A stretch of 64,000 nt of DNA from Eledone cirrhosa (taxonomy: Eukaryota): NCBI GenBank assembly GCA_964016885.1, contig OZ024766.1, positions 8,184,001 through 8,248,000 of the forward strand. Direction: 5' to 3'. The notes beneath the pieces were generated by a model. The model was not told where the DNA came from, made no database searches, and saw only the letters and a program-made list of their open reading frames with translations. The translations under genes were made by a program, and so were the position numbers. Of the stretch, positions 27,458-42,526 are shown one piece after another (within the stretch, counting starts at the first letter, position 1; every line of letters starts with the position of its first letter).

Positions 27458-28189
27458 AGAGAGAGAGAGAGAGCATGTAGAGAAGTGACACATGAGTTGA
27501 TATGTTTATAAAATAGTAAAAAAGAAAAATACAGTAGAAAATGCTAAAGGGATTTTCTCTCAGAATAACAGCAAAACATTTATTTACAAAATAGGAATTT
27601 CCACGTTAATTGTACTGGTTTCAGCTTATAGGCTTCTTCACACGACGGAAGTGTATAATGCAGTTAGATTGCATATTAATAAAAATATGGAGGTAAACAT
27701 TGTTTTTACATCCATATTTAGGGAGCAAAGTTGACATTTGTCAGTTTTCTTTCTTTCTCTCTGAGCCGTGTTACTACCAACAGTGTATGTAAAAACAATT
27801 TTTCCCCCATCCATTATACATTTCTCTACAAAAACACCCAGATTGAGTGCTTCTGGCATTATCATTTATTTTTTCAATTTGAATCAACACCAGCAAGTGA
27901 AGCCTGGCTTATCTCCCCTTTCATGTTACATCCCATGTTTTCAACTTGAACCAACGCCAGCAAGTCATTCTCGGCTTACCTCCCCTTTGGTGTTACGTCA
28001 CGTTTTCAATTTGAACCAATACCAGCAACTCTGGCTTACCTCCCCTTTAATGTTACATCACATGTCACATATACTTTAAGGTTTACCTCAAACCTTCCTC
28101 CTCACTCTTGCTCAGTTTGAATCCATGCCAGAATGTAAAGCATGGCTTACCCCCTCTTTGATAGGTTCCCTGCAAATTGATCCTGTTGG

Positions 28190-28595
28190 TGATACACCAA
28201 AAAGCACCCAGTCCACCCTGTAAGGTGGTAGTGCTGGTGATACAACAAAAAGCACCCAGTCCACCCTGTGAAGTGGTAATGCTTGTGTTACGACAAAAAG
28301 CACCCAGTCCACTCTGTAATGTGATAGTGCTGGTGGTACAACAAAAAGCACCCAGTCCACTCTGTAATGTGGTAGTGCTGGTGGGACAAGAAAAAGTACC
28401 TAGTCCACTCTGTAAAGTGGTAGTGCTGGTGATACAACAAAAAGTACCTAGTCCACTCTGTAAAGTGGTAGTGCTGGTGATACAACAAAAAGTACCCAGT
28501 CCACCCTGTAAAGTGGTAGTGCTGCTCATACGACAGAAAGCACCCAGTCCACTCTGTAAAAAGGTAGGGCTGGTGATTCAACAAAAGTATCCCTA
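28190..28595. repeat. 48-bp minisatellite, ~8 units
   Basis: Same unit as 6580-6935. Confidence 0.9.
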
Positions 28596-28796
28596 AGTCG
28601 ATACTGGGGGAAGAGGGTTTAGCAGGTGACAGATAAAGCAGGAGGGCCAGGGTTCTTCCAAATCTGCCCACCACTAAAAAGATAAAGACTAACACGTGAT
28701 AGAATTTCTAGTGAATCGTTTTATTGACTGGTCATAGGTGGTGGTCACTATGGCAACTATAGACTCCAACAACAACAGTGTTGGTCAAGTGATTTG

Positions 28797-31700
28797 TTAT
28801 TCTGGTTTGAGACGTATGTATATGGCCATAGCATCGGCTACACCAAGTCCTGAAATTAACAATGACCACAACAACATCATTAATAACAATACCAATAGTT
28901 ACAGTTTGAACAAAAAGAGGTGAGAGCATTTTGACCAGTTACAGCCAGTTTGAACATGAAGAGGTGAGAGAATTCTGGCCGGTTATGGCCAGTTTAAACA
29001 GAAAGAGGTGAGAGAATTCTGGTCAGTTACAGCCAGTTTGAACAGAAAGAGGTGAGAGAATTCTGACCAGTTACAGCCGGTTTAAACAGAAAGAGGGGAG
29101 AGAATTCTGACCAGTTACAGCCAGTTTGGACATGAAGAGGTGAGAGAATTCTGGCCGGTTACAGCCAGTTTAAACAGAAAGAGGTGAGAGAATTCTGGCC
29201 GGTTACAGTCAGTTTGAACAGAAAGAGGTGAGAGAATTCTGGCCGGTTACAGCCGGTTCGAACAGAAAGAGGTGAGAGAATTCTGACCAGTTACAGCCAG
29301 TTTTAACAGAAAGAGGTGAGAGAATTCTGGCCGGTTACAACCAGTTTGAACAGAAAGAGGTGAGAGAATTCTGGCCGGTTACAGCCAGTTTGAACAGAAA
29401 GAGGTGAGAGAATTCTGACCAGTTACAGCCAGTTTGGACATGAAGAGGTGAGAGAATTCTGGCCGGTTACAGCCAGTTTAAATAGAAAGAGGCGAGAGAA
29501 TTATGGCCGGTTATGGCCGGTTTAAATGCTAAAGGGTTAAGCAGAGAATTGTTCCTTTTACTTTACTATGGTGTCTTACCTTCGCTCCATGTTACTTTGG
29601 TAGATTTATTGGAATAAAAGATCATCGGATAGAATTGAGAGAACTCCCATGTACACCAAATGTATTTTTCGTTAATAAATAACCAGCCACGATCTTTTGG
29701 ACAACCGTTGTGAATGTTGGAAATATAGAAGAGCCGCAATTTGCTGTAAATAATAAAGGTAATTGTTTCTGATTTAGGCACAAGGCCAGCAATTTTGGGG
29801 CAGGGGGAAGTCGATATATCGACTCCAGTGTATTTATAATAAATGTTTCTACTGTAGGCACTAGGCTAGCCATTACTCCCAGTACATTACTGGTACTTTA
29901 TTTTATCGACCCCGTAAGGATGAAAGGCAAAGTTAACCTCGGCGGGATTTGAACCCATACTGTAAAGGGCCGTAACTCTGTGCTGCAGAGCATGGCGTCT
30001 GACCCTCTACCGATACTGCCAATCCACCACCATAATAATAATGATTCCTAGTATAGGCACAAGGCCAGCAATTAGGGGTGAGTGCTGACATTTGAAAAGT
30101 TTAAAGAAGTGAATCTTTAAATAAGCAATAAAATTATTTATATTTAATCAAGAGTTACGAAATTCAGTAGATAAATTATGTAATATTCATTCATTATTTA
30201 TTCAAAGTAATCCAACTTATTTTACAAACGGGATAAAAAAATATAAAACGAACAAAGTCCCACACTCCTCACTTTATCATATAATAGATTGAGACTTACC
30301 TATACCCAATTATAGAGAAAACGTTGAATGTTCCAAAGTCCGTCCATGGGGAACTCATTACATTTTCTTTACTAAACCAGTTAGTTATTGTGGTTTTCTT
30401 GCCATTAAATACCATTGTGACAACAACTGTTTGATTCTTGGACAGAACCAGTTTTACCTGAAAAAGAATATGCTATGTATATATATATATATATATAAAT
30501 TAAACAATAATCAAAGCTGTGTTCAAATCATTTTATTGCTGACAATCGTTTCTTCCAAACTTTCGTTTGGAATCATCAGAGCACTAGCAAAGATTGGACA
30601 TATAATTAACTTCCTATTCATCTGAACAATCATATAGATATATGGATATTAATGTTGTCATCAATAGTTTCGTATTTACAGAGTGGAATGGATGCGACAT
30701 AGATTACAAGAGAATTGTGTAATAATTAAAAAGGCCCAGAGAGGAATGCATGTGACAGAGATTACAAAGGAATAGTATAATAATTAAAGAGGCATTAAGG
30801 TAGAAAGTTACTCGTAAAACGAGGACACTAGCAGTACATATGCAAGCGTAGAGAGAGTGCAAATGCATTAGGCATATACAGGAAGGAAACAAGCAATGGT
30901 ATTAGCCATATATAATTACTGCATGGTGAAGGTAACACATAAAACAACATAGGTTTACAAGCATATCAATCAGGCAAAGGTAAACGTACCATGGATGCTC
31001 ATTTCTTTGTACGGCAATTACAGCAGGAGTACCTAGCTAACAGTAAACCCCTCTATTTAGCTTTTGTTGACCTGGAGAAGGCCTTTGACAGAGTCCTCCA
31101 CTCTATTATCTGGTGGGCTCTTAGAAAACTAGGAGTGGAAGAATGGCTTGTGAAAGCTATACAAGCCATATATAGAGGAACAGTCAGCAAAGTTAGAAAT
31201 AACAAAGAATATAGTGAAGAGTTTAGCGTAATAGTAGGGGTTCACCAGGGCTCCGTACTTAACCCCCTCCTGTTTATACAGGATATAACAGAGGGATTTA
31301 AGACTGGCTGCCCATGGGAACTTCTATGTGCAGATGATCTAACTCTCATAGCTGAATCCATGGCTGAACTAGAGAAGAAGTTCCAAACATGGAAGCCTGG
31401 CCTAGAATCAAAAGGCCTTAAAGTGAACTTGTCCGAGACTAAGGTTCCAGTATGTAGAAAGGAGAATAGGGCACAGGTACCCTCTGGGAAATGGCCATGC
31501 TCAGTGTGTAAGAAAGGAGTAGGCAGAATCTCCATTTTATGTTCCAAATGCAAACTATGGGTGCATAAAAGATGCAGTAGGATCAGAGGTAAACTATCTA
31601 AGAATGTAGATTTTATATGTGGCCGATACTCAGGTGCAGTAAGTAGCAAGGATCCACTGGGTTACATCTCCTTCAACTGCCCAGATGGTTTTATAGAAAT

Positions 31701-34700
31701 AGTAGACACCTTCCGTTACCTGGGTGACAAAATCAGCAGTGGAGGAGGGTGCTCTGAAAGTACAGTAGCCAGAGTTAGAACAGGATGGAAAGGTTCAGAG
31801 AGTTAATACCGCTGTTGGCCACAAGGGGTTTTTCTCTAAAAAAAAAAGGCAGATTGTATGATGCTTGTATACGAACGGCGATATTACATGGTAGTGAGAC
31901 CTGGGCACTGCGTAGATTAGAAAGAACTAAAGCTTGCATGCTCCAATGAATGTGTAATAGTAATGTGCGGGAAAGGCGAAGTATAAACAAACTAAGAAGG
32001 AGACTAAGCATAAGAAGTATCAAATGTGTTCTGGGCAGTTCCCATTAGTACTATCAAATGTTGTGTTTGTATGTGCGTGACTGTACATACCAGAATTTAT
32101 ATTTATGTGTGTGTGTGTGTGTGTGTAAACATATATACACACTCACAAATGTGTATGTAGCTCTACAGAACCTACCTCATCAATTGGAAGCTCATTCCAA
32201 ATATCCAGTATTGGATGTCGGAAAAAATTAGGACAGAAATTTCCAACACATTTCTCCACCTTCCAAGTCGACGCATTTCCTATATTAAGGAAGGAATTAT
32301 AGACTAACGAGTTTGCTCCCATTGATAAGGCATACACCTTAATCCATTTATCTCCTGAAATAATAATAATAATAATGGTTTCTTTATTGGCCACAAGGGC
32401 TAACATGAAGAAAAACATTAGAGATGGCACAGGACAATACAAAGTGGGTTTTGGTTGTGTAAACAGGTTATAACAAAATCGGGCTAGAAATCCAAAAAAT
32501 TCAAACAAAAATTCCCCCAAAAGGGGGAAACCTCCAAGGGATCACCCATGGAGAAAACCACACAAAATAGACCACAGCCACCCTGACCACCAGAGCAAGC
32601 GCCCTCTCTCACTTTTCCCACTCCTCAGTCTACAGGCGCATAGTCAGAGTGGGCCCGTTCACTCGGACCAGACTCGCCACTTTCACCCACCTTTCAACAA
32701 ACTTACTAGAAGACAGTACTTACTTGCCTCTCCACTCTGATTTTCTTCTTTAAGTGAAACTTGAAAAATTTAATCAGGGATTTGTCGGAGAGGAGAGTGT
32801 CCATCTTCAACCTTGTCCACCACACAATCTCTTTTGCCATGGCCACCAGGCAGATGAAAACTGCCTGCCCTTCCTCTTCTTTAAAGGAGGATGGCGGGGC
32901 TATCTGCAAAATGGACTCAGTCGATAACCGGATCCGTCCTACACGTGACAGCAGCTGTTCGACATAGCTCCACAAGTCAGCAATCCTCAGGCACTGAACG
33001 AGTGCGCGCAGGAGGGTTTCGTCGCCCTGCGCGCTTCTCGGACTGGCTCGACTGACAGCAACCTCCGTGCCTGTAGAGCTTATCCCGAACCGGCAACGCT
33101 CCCCAGTAGCACTGCCAGGTCAGGGAAATGTACGTCTACTGTGGCGTACTTTTTGCCTCGGATGATGTGGGTTTTGTGCCCAGACGCACCCCAGGGCCTT
33201 TTGGATTTGAGTCTCCGTAGCTCTCTCCAGCCGATGTGACAATTTGCTTACGGTGCGGTAAGTCACCGTGCGCAGCTGCTGGTCTTTGAAGAAATCGGGT
33301 GGAGGTTTCAGGGAAACTCTATTGACGTTTCTTGTCACCATGGCTCTTGCGACTGCCATCTCCTCCTCCGTGACTAGCACTGTCTCTATATTTCGAGCCA
33401 CACCTGTGAAAGAAGTGGCCCCTTTTTCAGCGGCACCACTATTACTGCTGCTACTCATCTGGTTGTTGGTGCTACTGCTACAAACGGTGTTGTTGGTGTT
33501 GTTGCTGTAGTTCATTGTGTTTTCGGTGCAATTTGTATTGTTGTTGGTGGTGTTGTCGTTGTTTATTTTCTTGTTAGTGGTGTTAATATCGTTGTTGCAT
33601 TTTTCTATTGTCTGTATTTTGGTTGACGCTGTTATTGTTGTAGTTGGTGTGGTAATTTTTGTTAAATTAGTGTTCTCAGTGTTGTTGTCTTTGTTCACGT
33701 TGTTTGTGGTGGTGTTTGTTGTATGAATTTCTGTGACCCTCCTCTCAACTTTTACGCCGTTGTCATACGACAGCAGACATATTGCTGGGGGGCGTGGCTC
33801 AGCCATGTTTTTTTTTTTTTCATTTTCAAAAGTGAAATGTTCAAAAATATTGTTCATATATTTGGGCCAAAAGGCCCAAATATTATACTTTCCCCTTCAC
33901 AGGGCAATGTCCAAGGGCTTATACCCCTTACACAACAAGAAAAATTTAACAACAAATAATTATAACAGCTAAATAAAGTGACTTACTGAGAGCAAGCAAA
34001 AAAGATTTCCAAACAGATAATAATAGTATAAAGACCTGGAGATAGAGATTGGAAAGATCTGGAAGTTGAGGACTAAAACAATACCACTGGTTGTAGGCGC
34101 TCTAGGAATGATACCTCAGGGGTCTAATGATTACTTATCCCAAATCCCAGGAAACCCGCGTATAGCAGAAATACAAAAGATAGTACTAATGGGAACTGGC
34201 CATATACTAAGGAAGATTCTGTCAATATAAGTACATCACAAGTCTAAACACCTAAAGATACATGTATGTGTGTATGTGTTCCTTCTTGAACATGGTGGAC
34301 CTTGTTGTCTCTTGAGGTCACTGGTTGTGACTTGGTGATAACTCGTATGAACATAAAGCAAGATAAATGAAATAATAATAATATTAATAATAAAGGTAAC
34401 TTACTTCTATAATAAGCCATCTCGTTCATGTTCTGTCCAGTGGTGACTGTCAGTATATTCTTTGGTGAATATATCTTACAAAGCTGTTTGACTTTGTCAT
34501 AACTGAAGTATTCTGTTTCTTCGGTTAAAGCAGTGACCGCACACTTGAGAAGAGTGTTGCATGGAATGAAGTGGTCAGTTGTGGTCTTCAAAAGGTAGCT
34601 GTAGGTATAGCCACTAGCCAGATGTTCATATTGGGCTTCTCTGTAGTTCGGCCTCTCTGACCCTGAAGACGATGATGTTGTTGAGGTGAGGGTGACCGCA

Positions 34701-34750
34701 ATGGTCAGAAGTAGAAGTGGAGCGAGGTAGATTGGTAGTGACAGCTTCAT
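28797..34750 (-). CDS. Spliced secreted-protein gene copy B, 299 aa. Exons 34750-34405, 32354-32176, 30457-30300, 29743-29580, 28849-28797
   Basis: Same exon lengths, GT-AG sites and phases as copy A, with an open frame. Exon 4 = KLRLFYISNIHNGCPKDRGWLFINEKYIWCTWEFSQFYPMIFYSNKSTKVTWSE. Confidence 0.88.
28905..29540. repeat. 44-bp minisatellite, ~14 units
   Basis: Same unit and terminus as 7245-7970. Confidence 0.9.
30976..32025 (+). mobile_element. RTE LINE RT fragment, copy 2
   Basis: ORF 30991-31806 is near-identical to 9425-10240. Confidence 0.92.
32361..34016 (-). mobile_element. Internally deleted L1/Tx1-like element, copy 2
   Basis: Same as 10797-12454, with an extra frameshift near 33170. 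Confidence 0.75.
34027..34392 (+). mobile_element. R4/Dong-like LINE 3' fragment, copy 2
   Basis: Same as 12465-12830. Confidence 0.8.
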
Positions 34751-35947
34751 GTCGACCAACACTACCACAACTGGGACTGGACAGTGGGAAGAAGGACGGT
34801 GTAATATCCTGGGCTACCCTATGAGGGCCGAGAGTGGGCAGTGAGAGGAGTGTGTTATAAGGATGGTGAAGTGACCAAGACAGACTTGGAAAACATACAG
34901 ATAAAAGGGAGAATAGAGAAGGATTAGAATAATAACAGGCTGGTCACTCTGGCCACTGATGTCCACTGTTGTCCACTGCTGCCACCAATATCAACTGTGA
35001 TCTGAAATGTCCACTGCTCCAAGCTAAAATCAATGTCCACTAAAGGCAGAACTAACCAATATAGCCACCAACATCCACAAAAGCCAGAATTGACTACTAT
35101 AGCCCCCAATGTTCACTACAGTCAGAACTGACCACTAAAGCGCGAACTGCCCACTACAGCCAGAACTGACCACTACAACTCGAGCTGCCCACTACAGCCA
35201 GGACTGACCTCAACAACCCGAACTGCCCACTACAGCCACCAATTTCCACTGCCGCTAAAACCGACCACTACAGCCAGGACTGCCCACTAAAGCCAGGACT
35301 AACCACTACAACCAGAACTAACCACTACAGCCACAAATGTTCACTAAATCAAGAACTAATCACTAAAGCTAGAATTGACTACTACAACCAGGACTGTTCA
35401 CCACAACTGACCACTGAATATAAACATCTCAGTTACTAACACATATATGTATAGAGAGAGAGACACGCTTCACTGAACATGGAGTGCTGTTTGGTCAATG
35501 GAGGGTGTAGGTGGATGGTGTAGTGGTAATCAATGACACTTATTGAATACATATATACACACACTTATACATGCATACTTATACATACACAGACACACAG
35601 TATGTATGTATCTCTCTCTCTCTATATATATAATGAAGGAGTTGTGGTAAGGAACCAGATGGACCATAACGCACCAGAGTACTCAATACTTAGGGTAGTA
35701 GGAAAATGTTTGACCTCGACGGCAGAGCTCAAGCCATTTCGATGGCTATTTCTGGACTCCAGAAAGAAGAATGGATATAAAATGGTGATGATGATGATGT
35801 ATTATACAACCAAAATACTTGAAAAGGTGTTTATTTATTGACAATTATTTCAATTATTCACAATTTAATCCTAGATAATATCAATATTCCAATCAATAGA
35901 TCTACATGTTATTAAGAGTATATATATATATATATATATACATATGT

Positions 35948-36455
35948 ATCATCATCATCACTGTTTTATATCCATTCTTCCACGCTAGCATGGGTTAGAA
36001 GGGCTGTCCTGTTGTGAGCAGTGTCCGGTCAGCTGACCATGTCTTGCTCATACAGGAACTGATTCTGGCTTGATTTCTACAGCTGGATGCCCTTCCTAAC
36101 ACCAACCTCATTTACAGTGAGTGCCTGGGTGCTTCTTGTTGTGACACCCACACAACCACTTTACAGTGGGGGCTGGGGGCTTTTTTGCCGTGGCACCTCC
36201 ACGACCGCTTTGCAGTGGGAGGGGGTGCGGGGCATATTGTCTATATGCTTCAGCTTCGGCTTGTACCCGTTGGGGGTCGGGTCTTCTGTATTACTGCGTG
36301 ACGCCAGAGGTCACGGTCGTGTGTCATCGCCTTTGAGAGGTGTAATTGGGTAAGGTCAGCTTTTATCACCTCAGCCCAGGTCTTCTTGGGTCTTCCCACT
36401 CCGCGGTTTCCATCGACTCCTAGTGCTCTGCACCTTTTTATGCAGCTGTCATCCT
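35948..36455 (-). mobile_element. RTE LINE 3' end (ORF2 C-terminus plus 3' UTR); also 58566-59079
   Basis: Minus strand reads DDSCIKRCRALGVDGNRGVGRPKKTWAEVIKADL...HDRDLWRHAV, then a 3' UTR ending in (GAT)n. Confidence 0.8.
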
Positions 36456-36463
36456 TATATATT

Positions 36464-36705
36464 TATAGATAACGAGGAATCAGTGATGCATTAAAACACA
36501 ATTTATTAACATATTACATATGTTTCTCTGACGATCAGCTCAAGGCAGGATCTATTACAGATCGAACCTGACTCTGCACTCGCAAGGTCTTCAGATATGT
36601 TTATCGTTTCCAAGGCATTTCTTCATACTCATGATCACCGAAGAAACCTATGTCATATATTAATAAATTGTGTTTTCATGCATCACTGATTCCTCGTTAT
36701 CTATA
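36464..36705. mobile_element. MITE-like element with ~70-bp imperfect terminal inverted repeats (also 59088-59327; left arm deleted in unit I at ~14680)
   Basis: tatagataacgaggaatcagtgatgcat.aaaacacaatttattaa ... ttaataaattgtgttttcatgcatcactgattcctcgttatctata. Confidence 0.8.
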
Positions 36706-37630
36706 ATAATTGTTTCTACTTTAGGCACAAGGCCAGCAATTACCCCAGTGTATTACTGGTACTTTATTTTATTAACCCTGTAATAATTGTTTCTACTTTT
36801 GGCACAAGGCCAGCAAATAGCCAGTACATTACTGGTACTTTATTTTATCAACCCTGTAATAATTATTTCTACTTTTGGCACAAGGCCAGCAAGTACCCCA
36901 GTGTATTACTGGTACTTTATTTTATCAACCCTGTAATAATTGTTTCTACTTTAGGCACAAGGCCAGCAAATACCCCAGTACATTACTGGTACTTTATTTT
37001 ATCAACCCTGTAATAATTATTTCTACTTTTGGCACAAGGCCAGCAATTACCCCAGTGTATTACTGGTACTTTATTTTATCAACCCTGTAATAATTATTTC
37101 TACTTTTGGCACAAGGCCAGCAATAACCCCAGTACATTACTTGTACTTTATTTTATCGAGCCCCTACTCTGCTCTGCACGAGCATTGAGTGCTCAAACGG
37201 CATACCACCTACGGACACATTGCAACCTTACAACAAATATATATTTATATATGTATATATATTATATACATATATATAATTGATAGGAAAATCTGCTTCG
37301 TATAATCGAGACGTATCCGACAACTGAAAGGTACATGTATGTACATGCAATATATTCACAATTATTATAATCAATGCCACTTATATGCCTGTTATTTACA
37401 TCAACACGGACATACTCACAAACATCGATATATTGCAATAACCTGGGGTCAATGACCCTCAACTCGTCAACAAGCTGTCAAGGAATTTGAGAGATGGTGT
37501 CGACGTGGATGTTTTCAAGAAACATCTCGACACTCTGTTATCCAGGATCCTGGATGAGCCCACATCAAGGTACGAAGGTAACCTAAGGGCAACAGCAACG
37601 AACTCCCTCTTACACCAATGGCCAGCCAAT

Positions 37631-38020
37631 TGAGAGTACAAGACTTCCCCCTAGACAGGACATCAGTCCATCACAGGGTTAAAGTCTGTCTTAGTTTCAT
37701 TGGTGTTAAGTGACTGAGAGTACAAGACTTCCCCCTGGACAGGACACCAGTCCATCACAGGGTTAAAGTCTGTCTTAGTTTCATTGGTGTTAAGTGACTG
37801 AGAGTACAAGACTTCCCCCTGGACAGGACATCAGTCCATCACAGAGTTAAAGTCTGTCTTAGTATCATTGGTGTTAAGTGACTGAGAGTACAAGACTTCC
37901 CCCTGGACAGGACACCAGTCCATCACAGGGTTAAAGTCTGTCTTAGTTTCATTGGTGTTAAGTGACTGAGAGTACAAGACTTCCCCCTGGACAGGACACC
38001 AGCCCATCACAGGGTTAAGG
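37631..38020. repeat. 84-bp satellite, ~4.6 units, at the unit II/III junction
   Basis: Same unit as 3490-3840. Confidence 0.92.
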
Positions 38021-39321
38021 TCTTATATATATATATTTATACATATATGTATATATATATATATATGTATTTCTGGAAGTCCAGAAACAGCCGTCGAAAT
38101 GGCTTGAGCTCTGCCGCCGGAGTCTTGACTCTTTTCCTATTACCCACTCTACTACCCAAAGTATTGAGTACTCTGGTGGGTTATGGTCCACCTGGTGCCT
38201 TACTACACTTCCTTCGTTATATATATATAAAATAAAACTATATAATATTTATTTATCCAATGATATTAAATAAATGGAAACTATATTTATAAAACCATAT
38301 TTATTCTAATATATATATTTCAAGGGTACCAAAATTTTGACATAACCAAGGAGAATATACCTTAACGGTTCAAAGTATATATATGTATATATATATATAG
38401 TAAAATAAAAATATATAATAATTATTTATACATAGTATATATTATATTATTTATTATATATATGGATTGACAGTATCGGTAGAGGGTTTGACGCCATGCT
38501 TTCCAGCATAGTTACGTCCCTTTACGATCTGAGTTCAAATCCCGCCGAGGTTGACTTTGCCTTTCATCCTTACGGGGTCGATAAAATAAAGTACCAGTAA
38601 TGCACTGGGTAATTGCTGGCCTTGTGCCTAAAGTAGAAACAATTATATATATGTATATATATAAATAAATATATATTTTTTATTTTACTTTATTTTTGTA
38701 TATAATTGCTTCCTCTTTTGGCACAAGGCCAGAAAGTAGCCAGTGCATTACTGGTACTTTATTTTATCGACCCCGTAAGGATGAAAGGCAAAGTTAACCT
38801 CGGCGGGATTTGAACTCAGAATGGCAACGACCGTAACTCTATATGTCAAACATGGCATCCGACCCTCTACCGATACTGCCAATCCACATATAATATATAC
38901 AGGTTGGTCCGAAAGTCATGTCACCCCCTACCAAAAAGTAATGAGAAACAGTTTATGTTCCCATCGCAGTATCATCCACTTCGGAGGAGTGGTTTGCCGA
39001 ATCTATCTTGCAGTGAAGTCATCTCACATATATAAACATATATCGTGTCACATATATATATATATATGTATTTATTATTATTACTATATACATATATATA
39101 TAATAATAATAATAAATAGAAAGACCAAAACCTAAAGAGGACTCGATAAAGTTTCAGATGACCCTGCTAAGAGTAAAAGCAGAAGTGCTTTATTTAAACT
39201 TTTAATTCGGACTACTAATATATATATATTTATATATATATATCATCTTCAATGTAGAGAAATGGCTTCTATAGGACTAGAAATGTTTCAAAAGGCAATC
39301 AGGCAGGGAGAAAGAGGCTAA

Positions 39322-39567
39322 CAAGACGGGAAATACGTATTACTGCGGCTAGAGAAAGAAAGCTAGCTGTTTTGTTGCTTTCCGACAAGATACGAATCTG
39401 TGGCTGAAGAATAAGAAGCTACAACAACGTTAATGGCGGAGAAGAGAGGAAAAAATTGATTTTAAAAAAATATCTTTAAAATTTCTAATTTAACAACAAA
39501 GAGATTATTTCTTTGGTTGTTTAATAAAATATAAAAAGAGATCAGATTGATTACATGTGGAGAGGGT
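39322..39567 (+). promoter_or_regulatory. Putative promoter and non-coding first exon of ZNF copy 3 (intron 39566-42164)
   Basis: Copy of 17440-17685; donor at 39566 and acceptor ending at 42164. Confidence 0.5.
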
Positions 39568-41071
39568 AAGTTGAGAAAGATTTACTTGAAGTCTAAAATA
39601 ATGTGTGTAAATAATAGAATTATGTGAACCTAACAGCGATACAGTAATTATATAGAGGTGAAAGTATTTAACAACTTTGGACATATTTCTTCATTTTTAT
39701 ATACAGGAAAATACTGGGGACATATTTATTTCATAAATACATTACAAATCGTTTGCGATTCTTTCACAATGAATATATAAACAGAGCATATAAATAAATT
39801 TACAGTGGAATAACATAACAAATATGTTTTAAATATATACATAAATAACATAAATGCTTAGACAACATTATAAATAGCTCCCGATTCTGTCAGAAGGACG
39901 TATTCTTTTAATGTTACAATATTAAAGAAAATGTAAAGGAAGGGGTGAACAACGGAGCCAACACCAGGGCAAAAGACAGCAACGAGGAGTACTGAGCAAC
40001 CTCTCTAATGTTTTTTTAGGCAAGCCAGCACACTGGCAGTGTAACTTCGGGTGATGGCGGGGCTGATGCGCTGAAACAGCCAAGCACCCTCGCGAGGTTC
40101 GCCAGTTACCTCTATTAGGCGAGCCGCCAGTGAAGAGAGGAACCTCGCAGTCAGCGGCCCGACTCCCCCAAATGTCTCGAAAGCCACAGGCTGAAAAATG
40201 TAGCTAAATACTTCTAGACTGAAATGTTGATGTATTTTTGGTAAATTTATAGGAAAAAGACGTCTTCCCTGGATTTTAGTGGGGAAGTTAGTTTTTTGAG
40301 TTATCAATTAATGTAACATCTTGGATGCGGGCAATCGAATTATTCCCCCGAAAAAAAAATAGACGGAAACCCTAAACTTTAACCCTAAACATTAATCTAA
40401 CCCTTTAGCATTTAAACCAGGCATGATATAATTAAGTAAGAAAGTTATTAATTAAATTTTAATTTTTTTGATTTTTGTTAAATTTGTTTTAATTATTGTT
40501 AAATTTTAAGTATATTAAAGAAAGTATATTTTTTTAAATATCAAATAAGAAAGTTATTAATTAAATTTTAATTATTTTGATTTTTGTTAAATTTGTTTTA
40601 ATTATTATTTTAAATCCAAAACAGTTATTGTTAAATTTTAAGTATATTAAAGAAAGTATATTTTTTTAAATATCAAATAAGAAAGTTATTAATTAAAATT
40701 ATTTAGTTTTATTTTTTTAAATACTTTTCATCTCTGTTTAATTTTTTTTTTTTTATAATTTTAAGAAAAGTAAATACGAAACAAATTATAATTTTTTTTC
40801 TTTTTGATTAAAATTTTTGATTAAAATATTTGATTAAAATCTTTTTTGATTAAAATAGAAAAAAAAAAAACGTAAATTCTAATATTCCAAAGTATCTATA
40901 ATACATCATAATAATGTTGTATCCAATATAGAATATTGCCGAAGATGTTTTCTTGAATAGCATGGCACCACAGGAACTCCTGGAGGGGAGAGCTGAAAAG
41001 TGCTTCATTTGTTCCTGTCATGGCACAGAATTAGACTTTGTAAAGCCCCCAGCTGCCTTCCACACGGTTTG

Positions 41072-41519
41072 TGTGGATTGTGGGGTTGTTAGGGTCCACA
41101 AGGTTGTAACAAGGGTTTCCAACTTGTTGTGGGAGGACATTGTATGACTGCTGGCCTTTGGTAGATTGTGGGGTTGTTAGGGTCCACAAGGTTGTAACAA
41201 GGGTTACCAACTACATGTTGTGGGAGGACTTTGTATGACTGCCAGCCTTCGGTGGATTGTGGGGTTGTTAGGGTCCACAAGGTTGTAACAAGGGTTACCT
41301 ACTTGTTGTGGGAGGACATTGTATGACTGCCGGCCTTTGGTAGATTGTGGGGTTGTTAGGGTCCACAAGGTTGTAACAAGGGTTACCAACTTGTTGTGGG
41401 AGGACATTGTATGACTGCCAGCCTTCGGTGGATTGTGGGGTTGTTAGGGTCCACAAGGTTGTAACGGGGGTTTCCAACTACATGTTGTGGGAGGACATTG
41501 TATGACTGCCAGCCTTTGG
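41072..41519. repeat. 88-bp satellite, ~5 units
   Basis: Same unit as 19052-19924. Confidence 0.92.
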
Positions 41520-42526
41520 TTACAATGCAATTACATGGACGAATGTACAGAGCAATGGTGGGTAAAAGGGTCGCTACATCTCGTTGTTCCACAGGTACCA
41601 CAATTGTCACCTCACTCCAACATAACAAGAACGATAATCCACAAAAATCAACAACAAAACAATTTTTAAAAAAATTAAATAATTCAAAATTTAATTAATA
41701 ACTTTCTTACTTTTAAGAAAAATAATTTTTTGAAAATGTACTTTTCTTAAGATTATTTTTAAAAATAATTTAACAAGAATCAAAAAAAATTTAAATAATT
41801 TAAAATTTAATTAATAACTTTCTTAGTAACATTTAAAAAAATAATAATTTAAAAAAAATGTACTTTTCTGAAAGTTATTTTTAAAAATAATTTAACAAAA
41901 AATATTAATTAAATAATTAAAAATTTAACTAATAATAACTTTCTTAATTAATTACATTAAAAAAAATAATAATAATAATTTCAAATAAACATTAAATTAA
42001 ATAATTTAAAATATAATTAAAATTTAATTAACAATAACTTTCTTATTTAATTACACTAAATAAAAAAAATAATTTAACTACAAGATGCCCATAACATTAA
42101 TCCTGTAAAATACCATTTTAATATCCTCTCCTCTATATCTTATTTTGTTTCTCTGTTATTTCAGAATATCACCTGACATTGACAGAAGAGAAATTTTAAA
42201 TTGAGATACATCATCAATATCATCTTTAAAAAGACTAACACAAGATTTTACATAAATCTTATAAAACATTTGATGAATTACGGCAAAATATTTCTTCTGA
42301 ATTGAGGTTTGTAAATAAATTTCTCTTCTTCACACTCTGGAAAGTGTACGAGAAGATTCTGCATTCTTATTAAACTTGAATTAATTTACAAAGGAGCTTG
42401 CACCATTTTCAGTTGTCAACAAATATCACAGTTGATGGAAATATTTGTTGGGAACAAAACCAAGAAAAATATCTTTATTTTGTACTGAGAAAAGAAAAAT
42501 AAAGATTTATATTTTCACCTGAAGAG

